64,000 nucleotides of DNA from Balanoglossus misakiensis (Eukaryota > Animalia > Hemichordata). Position 1 is the first letter of the stretch; the number at the start of each line of letters is the position of its first letter. Both the position numbers and the translations under genes were made by a program. The notes under the pieces are model-generated. The model was not told the DNA's origin. It did not search any database and was given only the letters and a program-made list of their open reading frames with translations. Positions 10,747 through 25,532 of this stretch are shown here, piece after piece. The stretch is from NCBI GenBank assembly GCA_040954595.2, contig CM082592.2, positions 6,179,531 to 6,243,530 of the forward strand, given 5' to 3'.

Positions 10747-13700
10747 TTATGGGGAGCCACCCAGCGTAAGGACATCGAAGCACATATCACAGACACGGAC
10801 CGGTTTGTTGAGATCGTACTTGATTATTGGCATCATCTTGGCCGAACATTTGGAGCAAACGATGCGACCACAATGCCGGCTGAAAAGTGAACGGAAAAGG
10901 CAAGTCTTGAGTAGTGGTTGAAAATATAAAAACGAACAATGTTTTGTCCATGACGAGGAAATTGTTAGGGCCCTGTGAAATTATGTGGGTTTCAATGCAG
11001 GACTTGAAACAGTGTGTCCTAACCGCAAAATTCTATACACTCAAACAGGCTACATTTTACAAACTACATGTAGTAAAAATGTAGCATTCATGTATTTTCA
11101 AATCCAGCAGAAAATAAAGCAAAGTACTAGTTACCCTCAACATACAAGACCCGTTTTGTTGACAATAACTCACCAGTGATGCTTTCTAGTTTTGATTCCA
11201 AATTTCACTTGACATTCTTGACACGTTTCACATTCTGACCACCTGGGTTCTGAAGACAGCATGTCTGAAATTGGAAAGTCCAGAGTCATTCTATGATTTT
11301 ACAAGATCCTCGGTTACGACAAAGAAATGCCGTGGTCTCCATCAGACCAGCGCCAGACACACACAGGCAAAGTCTATAACACTCACCTAGCAGCCTAAAT
11401 AAAAGCTGTTTTGTTGCTACTTGTGCATTGAATATGGATAGTCCCTGTTTGTTGACCGTGCCCAGACAACCGCCACATCGGACCACAGCTCGACAAAGGT
11501 TAGCATTGCCTTGTTGGTATGCTAGCAGTAACACTGAAATAAATCAAATCAAATCATATCAGATCAGGTCAAATCAAATAAAACTGACACACATCAACAC
11601 TGTTACAGGACAGTGACATATGATTTCTGATACACATTAAATTTAACATTGCAACTTCAAGGAGATAACATCTTAGAAAGGATTACAAATACTTGGTGAG
11701 TGACCCGTGAAAGCTCTACCAGAATGATGTAGAAATATGATCAGAGACTGGTGTTTTGGTTATAGTGGTATTCACAGTGGATTTCAAGACAATATCAATT
11801 ATAGACAGTGCCTGGGGAATCGTACCTGTATTGCCCTCAGCATCTGGGGCATCTATTGGATAATCTGGCATACACTCTTTGAACAATTCAAAGATAGCGG
11901 CAGCATTGTCTCTGCCGTACTGACCCAGCACATGCATCGGTGTCTGGCCCCTGTCGTATCAAAATGAAATTGTCAGTTATATACTCAATAATATAAGTGG
12001 AAAGGTTGTGTGATGAGATAATGTAATGGCCCAGGAGTGTCAAATTCAGGTCATGTTCCTGAAACAGCTCAGATTTGAGTAAAGAGACACGCTACATGAA
12101 GTGGTGTTACACATCCTGGCACTACAAGGGGCTAAGCTTGCGAAGTAGTACACACGCCTCACCTTAGATTGACATGTTCTGCATTAATTCTGGACTCTGT
12201 GAGCAACACCCGCACACAGTTGATATTCCCTTGCTGTACTGCTACATGCAACGCTGCCAGAAAAAAAGACAAATTTAAACATTGTGTATTCTAATAAGAA
12301 TTTCAAATGTTTTTTACGCTGTGCAAGAACCACAGACGAGAGAAGGTTCAGTTGTAAGTGCTGAAATTGTCATGCTATGCAATACAGTCAGCAAACCTCA
12401 CCATTATTCAAATTATCATCTAACGCATCCACTTCTATCTTGTTATCTATGAGTATACTACAGATGGCAGGATGGTCGTGCGTGGCAGCGATGTGGAGAC
12501 ACGTCTGTTTGTGGTTGTTCAGATCGCCGATATTGGCTCCAGCCAGCAACTGAAAAAATGAGACAAAATAATGGTACATTTGAGTTGGCTGTCTATTCCA
12601 AACAGTTACTATTCCTTAGTGGCCAATGGCCATCACATTTATTCCAAACTATCAATCTCAATTACAAGACAATTTAAATAAGTTTTTTTGGTATTTCATC
12701 TTAAATGGGTATACAGACAGAAGGCATACACACAAGTGCAGTACTGCAGTGAAAAGCATTGTGTGCTACCAACAGTGGTCATCGGTTCACCTTTATTTTG
12801 ACAACATGATCCACAACCAAATCTTCCTCTTATTTGTAAATGGGCAAAGCTACTTCAGACTCACCAGATTTCGGACGATCATCTCATTACCGGTATGCAC
12901 GGCTAAATGGAGGGGAGTCAACCGGCTGGAGTCCTGGACTCTGGAGTTGACGTTTGCGTGGACACTTATCAAAAATAAAACACTTTCTATGTCGCTATTG
13001 GTTATGGCTATGTGTAAGAAATTTCTCCCTTTGTTGTCGAGCTGGAAACGAAGCAAGAAAAAAAACAGGAATAATGCATGAGGTATGAGCTCAAAAGTGG
13101 CTTTCATTTTCTGCCCATTTCCTATTATTCTTGTACTTCTGCATTTCTGCGATGATGTTTGTTTTTACTCTACTCGAGACATGAAAGCTATTATGGATGC
13201 ATTAATTTCAAAACAAAACAAAACCAGACTCATAAAGATAATCCACCAACCTGTTCGGCAGCCCCTGGTTCTCGCTCTAAAATCATCTGAGCCGCTTTGT
13301 TGTTCTTGAACGTCATGGCCGCCGCAAACGGCGTCAGTCCGGTTCTGTCCCGGAGAGTCAAGTCCAACAGTGGATGCGACATCAAGAGCCTGATGAGCAC
13401 GTCGTGCTGGTTGGTGATGGCTATGTGGATGGGCGTTCTCCCCTCACTATCCTGTATCCACAAAGAGAAAGCCATGGGAATCATTCATTTACAGATTAAT
13501 TAATCAAGAGAAGCCATTTGAACCTGTTTCATTTTGTTTCTGCTACAAAGTTTCAGAAAGACCGAGTATCACTTTAGCTTATGCCCTTCCACTTCCTAAA
13601 CACGGCAAAAATCAGCCACTTGAATTTGTGTTGACCATATGAGATTTTTATCGCTCACCTAGGTAGCCAAAACCTATTTGAGGTAGCAAGAATATAGCAA

Positions 13701-16700
13701 AGCTTCCCCATGTTCAAAATGAAAGTACACAGACCTTGGCATTGACATCAGCATTCATTTCAATGAGGGACTGTACAACTTTGTCCAACCCCCACTGACA
13801 CGCCAGATGCAAAGGTCCCTGACCGTCTCTGGCCTCATCCTCCCCCTCGCCATTAGGACCAGGTTTGCGAGGACTATTCACGTCGCAAATGCTGAAAGAC
13901 AACAAAAAAGGTAAATACTACTTTGCAACAATTTCACATTTTAGTGGCTCCTAAAATTAGGTATTGATACATGTAGGTTGCCTTATTCACAGATGGCACA
14001 TTGAACTTTCTGTAGTAGTACATTGCCAAGACTTTCTAGTCTCAGACTGGCAAACACACTTCTCCTCAAGGAAACGGGTCACACTTGATTAGCATACCTC
14101 CTTATAAGGAAACAACCCACAGACTCGTTGTTCTCGTCAATGGCCCTGTGGAGCAACGTCTGTTGGCATCCTCCCGGTCCACGCCCCCACCCGTTGGTGT
14201 CGCACCCGTGTCTGACGAGAGTCGAGGCGATGTCCTCCTGCCCGCTCTCCAGCGCGATCCACAGCGGTGGGTTGCCGTTCTCGTCGATGACGTTCATGTT
14301 CGCCCCACGCACGCAGAGAGCGTCGACGACAACCGGGAGGTGCCGCTTGATAGCTGCCTGTAATGGCGTTTCATTTCCTCTTGTCCTGAGGAGAGAAGTG
14401 CAATGGCAATGTTAGTTCTTCTGACAGTAAAACCTGTCTGCAGTGAACTCTGTCTAATCTGGAAACCTGTCTATATGGAACACCCTTTCCAGTCCCATTT
14501 ACATAGAACTACATGTTAACAGAACCTCTGTAAACCAGACACCCGGGAAAAAAAGCAATCCCTTCAGTGTCTTTGGTGTCAAGCTTAGATAGATTTTTCA
14601 CTGTACTTACACGCACTCATAAATAACTCATCATTTGCAATTTCCAAAATTCACACAGACAGACAGAATCCGATCTTACTTGATATTGATATCGGCCTGA
14701 TGCTCCAACAAGAACAACGCACTGGCAGTGTCCTGCTTCATGATGGCCTGGTGCAGCAGCGTCATTCCGTCGCTCATGGTGTGATTGATGTTGGCGCCAC
14801 CGGCCAGCAGCTGGGCGGCTATGTCGTGGAAGCCCATCCAGAGAGCCAGGCCCAGGACGGTCTGCTCTTGGCTGTCGACTAGGTTCAGGTCGGGGATGAT
14901 CTGCAAGCTGTTGCTGCTGTGAAGTGCATTGGCTGGGAAGAGAGCAACAACACACAGTCAAACCTATGTATAGAGGCCAGTCAAGTCTAGACCGGTGTGG
15001 CCTTTGTAGACAGGTCAGTTAATGCACATGTAAACTGCACAGGGTAGTAACAAAGCAGCTACAATAGACAAGTTTCCACTATACAGGGGTGGCCCCTAAC
15101 ACACTGTAATTCCAATATGAATATCTCGAGCCCTTGTTGTCTTTGCCTACATTTAATACCAGCCTCTATCCCATATTACTACTAATACTAGGTCCTTTTG
15201 TTGTGTTGTGAAACCTTGTAAAAATTTGGACAAAAAAGTTATCTAAATAATTTGTATTGAAAAGTAATCTTTCAGTGTAATAATTGGTTTAATCTAGTCT
15301 GCAGCTATGATCTACAGTATATGACCGTAACCCATGGCAACACATGGATCGGGTTCAGATTTACCTGGAACTCGAAAAAAAACTTACCCCGGTGCTCCAA
15401 GAACACAGCCACCACATCGGTGTGTTTGTTTGCAATGGCAATGTGCAGCGGCGTCTGCTGCGAGGCGTCCGGTGTGGTGTCGGCGCCCTCTATGTTGAAT
15501 TTGCTCAGAGGTTTGCTGACGTCGAACTTCGTCTGGGCGTTGGGATTGGAGCCCCTCTGCAGCAGCTGTGTGGAGAGCTTGGCCAGGCCGAACTTGGCTG
15601 CCGTGTGGAGGGGCGTTTCTCCCTGGAAGAGAAAAGAGTCACAGTTTACAACCAAAACGCTATCATTGCAAAAGCATCATATCAAGTCACCAGCCACCTT
15701 TTTTTGCATTTCTGCAAATAGGCCATCTTGAAAATATACATCTATACTTTTGTGATTATTACCTGGAGGTTAGCATGACTTGGACTTGAATTGTGTTCTA
15801 CAAGGAACAACGCCGCCTCCTCATTCCTGGCCCGGCATGCCAAATGTAGCAGAGTGTCACCTGTGATTATAAAACAAAGTCATCCATTGGATTAGAATAA
15901 ACAGTGCAGAAGTTGCCCAACAGTTCTAGGACAGGCACCCCCTGAAAATTTACCCACCGGACAATTACCCCAACACTATCTTTAACCCTAACCTTGACTT
16001 TTGGGTGACAAATGTCATAGAGGTGCTGTCCAGGGGATCGATGTTTCTAATCCTAACAGACTATACATGTACCTTAGAAAACTTGAAAATCGACAAATTG
16101 TAAGGCACATATCACCATACGGCAAGGTACAGTGCTAAAATAAAATCTCAATATTCAAATTTTTTTGTTTTCAGCGAAAATAAGTTCCAATGACAATAAA
16201 GTATTCCACATACCTGTCTTGGGGTTTATGGCATCTGGAGTGCTTCCCCTGCCTATAAGTCTTGCAGCGAAGCTCCCAGCATCGTATCTTTGGTCCCCGG
16301 TGGAATTGTCAAGCGCCAGCCACAGCACAACATCGTCTTCGTTATTCCTCAGTTCCAAGTCTAGCCTGACAAAAGAAATGTTTCATGACAGTGATTCTGT
16401 ACACTCAGTATCATCAAAAATAATACTTCAATGTCTTTGAAATACTCATTCGTTGAAAAAAATTCTTTCTACATACAATTACATGTACAGTGGTGTACAT
16501 GGAATACCAATCTGATCAATACAAACGCACATACATACGCACAGGCAGGCAAATGTGAACTTACTGTTTATAATCTAAAAGTAGCGTGAAGACTGCCTCA
16601 CTTCGGGCTGCGATGGCTCTGTGCAACGGAGTGCTACAAATAAAAACAAAATCAATTCAATACACCATAATCACAGGAACCGAACATGCCACTGAAATGT

Positions 16701-19700
16701 TGATGTAGTAACTTTACGATGTAATCATGGACTGATTTGGATGGAACTGTCAATCTCACTATCACACACAGCTGTCAATCATGATTTCAATTTTCTCTAA
16801 TAAGTGGAATTACCCTGTCACTGACATAGTTTGGTCCAAATCTATTGTTTCCTATGGGAAAGTGGCGCCCAAAGATGAATAAAGGGGTGAGCGTGTTTCC
16901 TACCTTCCGGAGCTGTCCTGCATGTTGGGATTGGCTCCAAACTGCAGGAGGAGATCAGCGACTCGGGCCATACCATCCATGGTGTCTTTGCTGGCAATGC
17001 CCGGGTTGTAGGCCGCAACGATGTGAAGTGTGGTCTCTCTGTCTTTGTGTGTGGCCGCGTTCGTCTTGGCGCCATTCTTGATGAGGAAACTGGCAGAAAA
17101 CTCATCACCTGGATTTTAGGAAATAAAGAATGAGTCAGAGGCTTTGCAGAATTTGTTCTTATACTTGTGGCAAAGTATGAAAGAAATGTTAAGATTCTGA
17201 CTGCCATCTTTGCCTTTATGGGGAATGTGTATGCTTGGACACACCATTTTAACCCTTTCACCCCCAGTTCCCCCTTGACCATCAAATCAAAATATTAATT
17301 TTTTTTTCAGGCAGAATTATTCATTCTTTTCAAGTATTCTTGTTCCAGATCAAAGAACTAATGAGAGGTCACCGCATCAATCTCGGCATCACAGAACTAC
17401 ACGTGACATTTACAAACAGAAGAAATTCAAGATGGCTGCCAAACAGACAGTTATCTCCATCAGATTTGCGATGTTTATGAAAACACTGAATTGCATAGAA
17501 ACACTGAACTTCCCTGGTGCGTACATTGTATGCCACCACCCAGTAACAGATACAAAATCATGAGTAGCATGGTATTTTTTGAGAGAGAAAAAAAAACAGG
17601 CACTTCACCTCTCTTGGCAGCTTTGTGTAGGAGACATTGTCCATTATTGTCGGTCATGTCAACATCCACCTTGTGTTTAATGAGCTCTGTTGCTATGCTC
17701 TCCTGTTTGGTTACCAGGGCCAGGTCCAATGGCAGATCACCTTGGTCGTCTAATACGTTCAGTTTCCCTGGCAACTGAAAATGAAGATATGATTGATAGC
17801 AGATTCAACCACACACTGAAGTACGAAATGCAAGATATCCAGTTATTTTTTTCAATAAAAAATGTATATCCAAAATCCAAAATTTCAAGATGGCTGCCTC
17901 ACCTGAGCATCGTACTCCATAAGGTAGAGAAATACCACATCTTCTCGGTGGTTTCTGATGGCCGTGTGAAGTGGATACTCTGTCTTGGCTTTGAACATCT
18001 TGTACAGCAATGGCGCTGTCATGCTCACAAAGTCCCCACTGCCAAAGTCACCCTACACAAGAAAGAGAGAGAAATAATATGTTAAGATTCACCCAAACCA
18101 TGGTAACAATTAAGTTAAACTACAGGATATGGGAAAACAAGTTTCTTTCCTTCAACTTACTGACAATTTCAGATATTCACAAATGTTGCCTTTTACTGTG
18201 AAACTGGGCCGTGACCTTTCAAAGAATCAAAGAACACCAAACCTTACCCACTTTTCACTACACTGTATATTTTGACTTGTAACTTTGTAGTCGGCAAAGA
18301 AGAGATGAAAGCTTTTGACTTACCCAGTGGTTTGAAATAATTTCAGAGCAGTATTCTCGTAGTTTTGTGGCGCCTATTTCATCTGCTGTGGCATAAAACT
18401 TGATGCAGTTTCTAACGTTGACCGAAGACATCAATGCCTTTTCACACCTGAAAAAAAAAATATTTTTTTTGTTTCGAAGTTAGGAAATCAGTGTTACTTT
18501 TTAAAACACAGCCAGAAACCAGTGAGTGCAAGGTAACACGAGCAGTAATTTTCTGATACACACATCTACACTGATACTTTTGTTAAACGCAACAAGGAAC
18601 AGACTGCACCCACCTATCTCCTAGTCCGATTAACTTAAACTGACTCGCTGCTTTCAGAAGCTGTAAGACGAAGGTATCGTCGGCCTTGATGTCTGCTTGG
18701 TCTGTGTAGATCCACTTCATCATTGTGACGCCAACATCGTACGGTATACCTGCAAGGAAAAATCAACACCTCAGTTTGGTAGATGTTCTACTTTTCTGGC
18801 AAGGTGGTGTATTGCCACTCATTTCAGACTATAGCAAGGCGATATCATTTACAATGCAAACAGTCAAACATGTTTGCACACAGTTAAATAAATCACGCAT
18901 TCATGCTGTTTACACATTTCATTTTTATGTATGGCTGTGTTATTTATCATCTGGCCAGTACTACTGCAACATTAATAATTTTTATGATAATCTAAGTAAA
19001 CGTCAAGATTTATCAAATGAGGTTGTAAATGAGTTCAGCATTTGAAATGTACACAGCAGGTGTATTTATCAATGTGAGCGAACCAGCACACAGTGAAGCA
19101 TCTCCATGGAAACGCATAACAACACCTGGACTTGTACAAAGGTGTGCAAAATAAAATTGTACATATAACACTGAGCAGTGTAGCCGAAAGGGAATAGACT
19201 GAAAGTAATGTATCAGTCTCTCCTCATCTTTCAATTCACGTTACTATGGTATCAGGTATCTGCAATCTCCTGTCACTATGGTAACCATCTCCTACATCCC
19301 GTCACTACAGTTATGAACCTCAAACTACATTTATTCGCACAGCGGTGGACCCATTGTTGAGCCACTGCAACACGGGGTGAAAGTCTCTTAATGTCTAGAC
19401 ATACCGCATTAGTAACAATATTTTTTTTAACATAAAGGTGAAAAAAGGTCAAGCCAGTGACTCATATAGTCACCGCTGCATGTCATGAGCAAAAATTCTG
19501 CCCCGATACAATTTTTTTGACAAGTACAATATAAATTAGAATTTCACACAATTTTTTTGCCTCTTTACTGCACATGAAAAATAAAATATTCAAATGCAAG
19601 TCCTGATTAACATTGACACTTTTTTGTGGGTGTGCGACCGACTGAACTGGGACTGAGCATGAATCTGTGTGGAAGCTTTGAACTGATGATCTACCTGAGA

Positions 19701-20987
19701 AGTCCAATGATTGCACATTTGCCAGGTCAGTCACTCCCCACGAGTCGCTGCGTGTGGCCAACACAAACTTGTGAGCCTTGATGTCGCGACCGTCAATTCG
19801 AATACTCAGGTCACTGCAAGAGACACGAGAGAGCGAGTTATTAAAAATGTAAGTAGTGAAAGCAGACTACAAATCCAGATGTTGCCCTCACACTCACTTG
19901 TTGCTATTTAAGTATAACTAAACATGTCTTTATGTTGTTTTTTCCATTTAACATGTAGTACTGTATACAAAACTCTACATGAAGACAATTACCTGTACAG
20001 CTCTCTGTCAAACAGATCGGCCACCGTTTTCAACATCCGGGAGACAAAACTGTCGTCATCCAGCTTGCCTCCCGCCGCAGCTGATATGTTATACTTTTGC
20101 TCCACTTCAGCCAGTTTGTTCTGCAGCTTGACATATTCCTGGCGAAGCAGGTCAAGGTGACGCTGCAATTTTTCCACCTCAGCTGGAGAACGGAGAGAAA
20201 GGGGGAAGCGTTTTAAAATATTGCACAGCACACCCAATCATCTTGATCACTGATTCTGTGTGTGTGTCGAGCGTCTATGGTGATATCCCTCAGGATGTTC
20301 ACGGGTAACATAGAACTTATGTTCTTTATCACTCGTCAATCAACCCTACTAACACTACACTTTGACTGAAGTGCCCCTCCCACCAGCTGGGGGGGGGGGG
20401 GGTTCTGGTTTAGGGTAATATTCGCTTGATTGCTAAATTCTGGTACAAATTCGGATCGTTCAAAATGCTTTGAAGACAGGCATGTCATTCTCCTCTATAA
20501 ACTGCAAAAATACGGTGGATAGCCGTTCACGACGCGGCCATGTGCACGACCAGTCTATATATCTACTTGCAACTATGTAACATGAAATGAATGTTGTACA
20601 CTAAGTCATAGTCCGACTGTGACATTTGACTGTCGCTGTTCATGAGTTTGAGTGCGATGGTACATTAGACTTTGGGCCTGTCCCCTTTTCCTCATTTGTC
20701 TTTCGGTTTGACCGGAAGTAACATTCACAATAGCATATCACCGTTACCCGGGTCGTCTGTCGTCGGCTGCAGTACATAGTAAAGTGGGAGGGTACTGCCC
20801 AGCCTCTGATAACCAGACCGGAATATTGCCTATACATTGAACTTTGATCGAACTCCTGGTCACCACACATTGCCGTGATATTTCTTATAGTCGAATTATG
20901 AAAGGAAATGCACCTGACCGACCTGGAGATCCCATCCGCACGTAAATATTGTCAAATACCGAGTATCAAAGGCTTACCTTCCGCCAT
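10747..20987 (-). CDS. ANKFY1: Rabankyrin-5 (coiled coil + BTB + ankyrin repeats + FYVE), >20 exons; first exons 20987-20978, 20182-19993, 19813-19695, 18749-18614, 18447-18324, 18052-17903; last exons ~11263-11174 and ~10879-10747
   Basis: N-terminus MAEAEVEKLQRHLDLLRQEYVKLQNKL; BTB segment SDLSIRIDGRDIKAHKFVLATRS; many ankyrin exons (GETPLHTAA, GRTPIHIAI, LTPLHLAV); C-terminal FYVE with WSECETCQECQVKFGIKTRKHHCRHCGRIVC...VRVCDMCF; stop TAA at 10749-10747. Confidence 0.96.
14425..14603. mobile_element. Second, more degenerate copy of the CAGTAAAACCT MITE, in an ANKFY1 intron
   Basis: Shares cagtaaaacctgt, ctggaaacctgtctata, acatgttaa..agaacctctgtaaac..gacacc and the ...cactg|ta end with 2855-3032. 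Confidence 0.75.
14955..15107. mobile_element. Degenerate CAGT-ended MITE-like remnant in an ANKFY1 intron
   Basis: Starts cagtcaaacct, ends ...cactg|ta; internal ggtgtggcctttgtagacagg and ggtggcccc blocks. A related short fragment is at ~3809-3849. Confidence 0.45.
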
Positions 20988-21080
20988 CTTCGATCACTTC
21001 GATTCTCGCGAGATCTTTCGACGAGACTACGCGTGAAGTCGCGGAAACGCCACCCAGGGTCGTGTCCCAGAATGCCCTAT
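20988..21080. promoter_or_regulatory. CpG-rich ANKFY1 proximal promoter/5'UTR with a TCTCGCGAGA palindrome and a ZNF143/SBS-like site
   Basis: TCTCGCGAGA at 21004-21013 and TCCCAGAATGCC at ~21065-21076, immediately upstream of the ANKFY1 ATG; divergent to UST copy 1. Confidence 0.55.
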
Positions 21081-21853
21081 ACATGCACCTGGGCTGTACC
21101 ATACCAGTCCACTTCACAACAACTGTTTTCCAGACAAAAGATAGAATTCTCATATTTGCCACTCATTTTAGCGACACAGACACAGACAATAGCAACAACA
21201 CTGACTGTTTTCACTCAAGAACATTTTCCCCTGAACTTCATAATATGCTACTGACGGAATTTTGAAGTTGTTGGCAAATAATTCAGTACGGCACGGTGAC
21301 TTTTGATAAATTCGATGAACAAAATCACTTTCAAAGCTGATAACTAAAGTGGCTGTAGCTCCCATTTACTGTAGATATTATATTAGGTCCACCAAGTTTC
21401 TGGCCAATAATAGCAGATAATAAAATTACATAACATGTCCACTGTTAGCCATTTACTATATTAACATAGCACTGGTTAAATAAAGGTATAGGAACTCTAA
21501 GATATTTAATCGAACCGTAATATTCGAGATTACGTCATGGATCCTTTCTGCAGACTTACCAGAAGACACATCGTTGCTGCGCGCAACATCGCAACTGGAT
21601 ACGTCTATTGTTAACCACTGAGATTTCGGCGAATTCACGATTTGCAAAAAGACACTTAGACGTTGCTTCATGACCATGGCATTGTAATGTTAATTGAAGA
21701 TCAGAATGTGTCGCTCTGTGTCTATGGAGTGACTGTGCTCTGTGTGACTGACGATAGTGACAGATACCATTTTTGAGTTGTTCAACACGCGAGAGACATC
21801 TCTTCGTTTTATACCTGGAGTTGATCACGGACTGGTAGTCTGGTTAGCGGTCG

Positions 21854-24800
21854 ATGCTGAGAGGATACACCAGGCGACCGAAGAAAATGGCTTTATTCAA
21901 GTTACATAATCTGGGAGACCTGCGTCTTACCAGGATCGTAATTTTGGCCGCAGCATGCATGTCAGCGTTTGCTTATTTCAAACTCATTCACTCCGGTGAC
22001 GGTAAAACTACCGCATACCCTGGCCATCCGGGATATGAATCAGGTAGGTGTATCCACGGTGTATCCGAATGATCAAAAATTACGCTAGAACAGTCTGTTT
22101 GAGCGACTCCCGAATAACTGTAAATGTTATTACACAGACCAAATAGTACTTCCCCAGGGCCATTGTTTGTGCACGATCCTGGTGCAGACATTTATGTAAT
22201 AAAGCACCTTGTACTTCGCAGTTCAAGTCGTGTGTGATTATACTTTGCAAAGTATGCAAAAAGGTCTAAATCCTTTTTCATTCTCGAAATCCATAACGTT
22301 AACTTTACGGAAGAAAAAAAATCCAAACTGTAGATACTGCCGGTATATAAACATATGACCCCCCGGTTCACCCACATGGAAGCTCCCTAATTGTGCTCGG
22401 TATTTATTGATAACGCGGTGCTCCAAAACATCTCAGCAGCAGATAGTATGCAGGACACTTTGTCGAAATTCAGTAACATTAGGCTTATCATGATGTTTGC
22501 TCTAAGAAACGCTAATTGTCAAGGATCTGGCGTTAGCTGTGAAGACGGTGAATCTGGCCATTGATAAGGGACCAGTCAGATCTCAGACTTAAATTGTATA
22601 ATCCACCGTGACGTCGTGAAGAGTGTAAAATTACACTTCTTGCTGGGGACAACGTTGAACTTCTGAGCCTGAGGCCCGAAGCAACAATCTTGCATTCAAG
22701 CTGGGTCCTGGCAGTCCTGCTAGGAGTTTTCAAAGAATTTATCTCTAGGCTTTCACAGCTAATCCATATAACGTGAACACGTATCTCTTTGTCTTTATTC
22801 AATCCCCAACGCAGGGAAACAAAAGGGCCGTTCCGTAAGAGTTTTTTCTCTTTGTCTGTGGTTCACGTCGTTCCTTTATCGAAGCAGACGCAATCACGGT
22901 CCCTCCATGACGGAGAGACCGTGACGCAATCCAACCATTGGCAGACACACGCCCGCAGGAACACACACAGATATATAAAGTAAAACGGGTTATTGTCGCG
23001 ACAGGAAATTTTCTCGATATCAAAAGAGGCAACAGTTGCACGAGGATCAATTTTGGCGTTCTCATATTTCACTAACAGAATCATTATCTCCGAGAAAAAA
23101 AAAAAACATTTTACGCGACTTTTGATTTTCACGTCCTCGCGTTTTTCGCGAAAATTTATTGCTCGCGAAAATAACCCGTTTTACATGCATGCATGTAAAA
23201 CGGCATGCATGCATGTATGCGTATGCACGAACTTAGAATCCTATATCAATTTCTACGGCAGGTCACGAGCGCAGCGAATTGGAGAGCGTTTCCGGCAATC
23301 TACAACCAGTGAGTATACATGTGTATACTGTGGTACATTAAAATGGAAATTAGAAAAAAAGTTCGGAGAGGTGACCTAATGTCTGTATTTCGCCTCGTAT
23401 AGTTTGTAAAGTTGTTGTTGTTTTAATGAAAAGACAGGCAGATTGACCCCATTATACCGCCGTTTCCAACATTGCAGACTGATTTAATTTTTTACAATAA
23501 AGTTCCCAAGTGCGGGAGTCGAACATTGGTCTACTTGCTACGGCTGTTGGGAAAACGGAACAATTTCACTGCCGATGGGGAAAATATGTCGTCTGAGCTA
23601 AATGTACATGTCGGAGAGAGCGAACAGGTATGGGCCGTTTACAGTTCTATGTCTTGGCTGTTCTCAGTGTACGCGCCACTCCACGTAGTGTGGGCGTCCC
23701 TTCCGAACAGAACAACCAAGAATCAGCAAAAGTAAAGACGGCGCCAAACTCTACATCTGATAGATTATAATTCAGATCGGTGCCGTTTACAGACTTGACA
23801 TAGAAAAGAGATATGGACGTTTTTTTTTCTTCGTGACTTTGCTGATTGGTATGTGTTTGCTCGCGGTAAGGTCACGGTGCTACACACTGTAGTGCTAAAG
23901 TACAATTTAATGCTTCAAACGTGGAATGAAGTTCCGTGTCTACCTTTTTACACAGGAAGAATTGGTTAAACGAATCACCAGCTTGCCGAGGCCAGCAACA
24001 TTTTACAGACACGCAGACTTTATCAATTTCGAACGGTATGTCTGTGCCAGTTCTGTGGATATTTATGTCTACTTAAAGTAACAGTTTTTTACCACAATAT
24101 TTGTATATCTTATTGGTACTACATGTATATACCTTTTGTACCGTTCTGCGCTTTTGAATTTTTTCTGCAACTTGAATCTGATGTGTCCGAGTGTCTTTTC
24201 TTTCGTTTTCATTCAGGTTCGGATTAAAGAATCCAACTTACATCAATATCGTTCGGAAACCCTTATCCAGAGTTATTTCTAACTATTACTTCAAGAGATT
24301 CGGAGACGATAAAAACGGCAACAAGAGTCACTATCACGGAAGTACCAAATATGAAGCAAGTGCATATTTAGCGATTCATTAGCCTCTCGATACGCTTTTC
24401 TACCACTGGCGGCGCCCATACCATTCCAGGGCACTAGTATACGTATGTTGACTGGGTCATGTTTGCGGTGCTCTTGACAGAAGAAATACATGTACTAGTA
24501 TCACGCGTCTGTATGTTGTCTAATGTCCATCCTTTCTATTCAGACTTTAGATGAATGCGTCCTGCGGGATAGGTGGGAATGCTCCGATAAAAACACATTT
24601 GGCATGATACCATATTTTTGTGGTCCTCAAGACCGATGCAGGTGAGAACTTCTGCATTGTAGGTTATGTTGTCCGTAAAGTAGGCTATGGGCTGTACGTG
24701 CATCTTAACATGGTGGTGGGGGCGGTCTACGTCTCATCATATTCGTAGTTTGGTCCCCGATAGTGTGGGAATATTCAATGTTCGAAGAAATGATGAATAT

Positions 24801-25532
24801 ATGCCATCGCAATAAAATAAAACATACATAGCCTAGCGTTTGAAATGTGTGATAAACGTTAATTGTTTTTACGTGGTGAGCGTCTGGAATTTGACGTCAT
24901 TTGGCGGCCATTTTGCACAGATCAAGGCAATATGGCCGCCATGCATACACGGCCCATTTTGTTTGCCCAGAGTGTGCGTATCATCGAAGACACACTTATC
25001 GGTATAGGTTGTACAATATTAATTGACATGTATAGTAATCTACTCCATATTGATTTTTGACAGAACACCGTCCAGATGGGCACTGGAAAAAGCGAAGGAA
25101 AACGTTATAAAATATGTCTACTTTGTGGGACTTACTGAAGAATATGAAAATAGTATAAAGTTGTTGGAATTGATGTTACCAAGGTTTTTTGACGGCGCTT
25201 TTGAAATATACAAAGAGCCAGGCGAGTTTTTTATGCAGAGTCATACGAAATTTACATTCAATTATGATAAATAATATATTTTTGTGACGTTACATTGCTC
25301 ATGTTGTGTTATTTGTTCATTTTATGTCAGAAGAGCCCTTTAAAAATATTGCAATTTGTTTTCTTCCATTTTAGGAGCCATACGCAGTACCAAGTCGCGT
25401 GTAAAAACAGCGCCCTCACCGGAAGTGGTCGAAATCATGAATGGCCGACTGGCTCTGGACAACGAATTTTATGATTTTATTAAAGAAAGATTCAATCGGT
25501 TAAAAGCGAGATATGGCTTGGTGGATACATAG
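21854..25532 (+). CDS. UST: Uronyl 2-O-sulfotransferase-like, copy 1; exons 21854-22043, 23262-23308, 23478-23627, 23956-24035, 24217-24355, 24544-24641, 25064-25221, 25375-25532
   Basis: Type II TM anchor (RIVILAAACMSAFAYF), 5'-PSB loop FYNKVPKCGSRT, FYRHADF, 3'-[51 protein letters not shown]. The frame needs two GC donors (24356, 25222). Confidence 0.9.
22980..23184. mobile_element. MITE-like element in intron 1 of UST copy 1
   Basis: Inverted termini GTAAAACGGGTTATT(gtcgcga) ... (tcgcgaa)AATAACCCGTTTTAC, about 205 bp, non-coding interior. Confidence 0.65.

Noticed and set aside
15983-15993. TAACCCTAACC, which looks like a telomerase RNA template or interstitial telomere repeat
   Set aside because: Under two repeat units, embedded in a degenerate repeat-like stretch (ggacaattacccc...gggtgacaaatgtc) in an ANKFY1 intron. 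No pseudoknot, CR4/5 or H/ACA elements are recognisable nearby.
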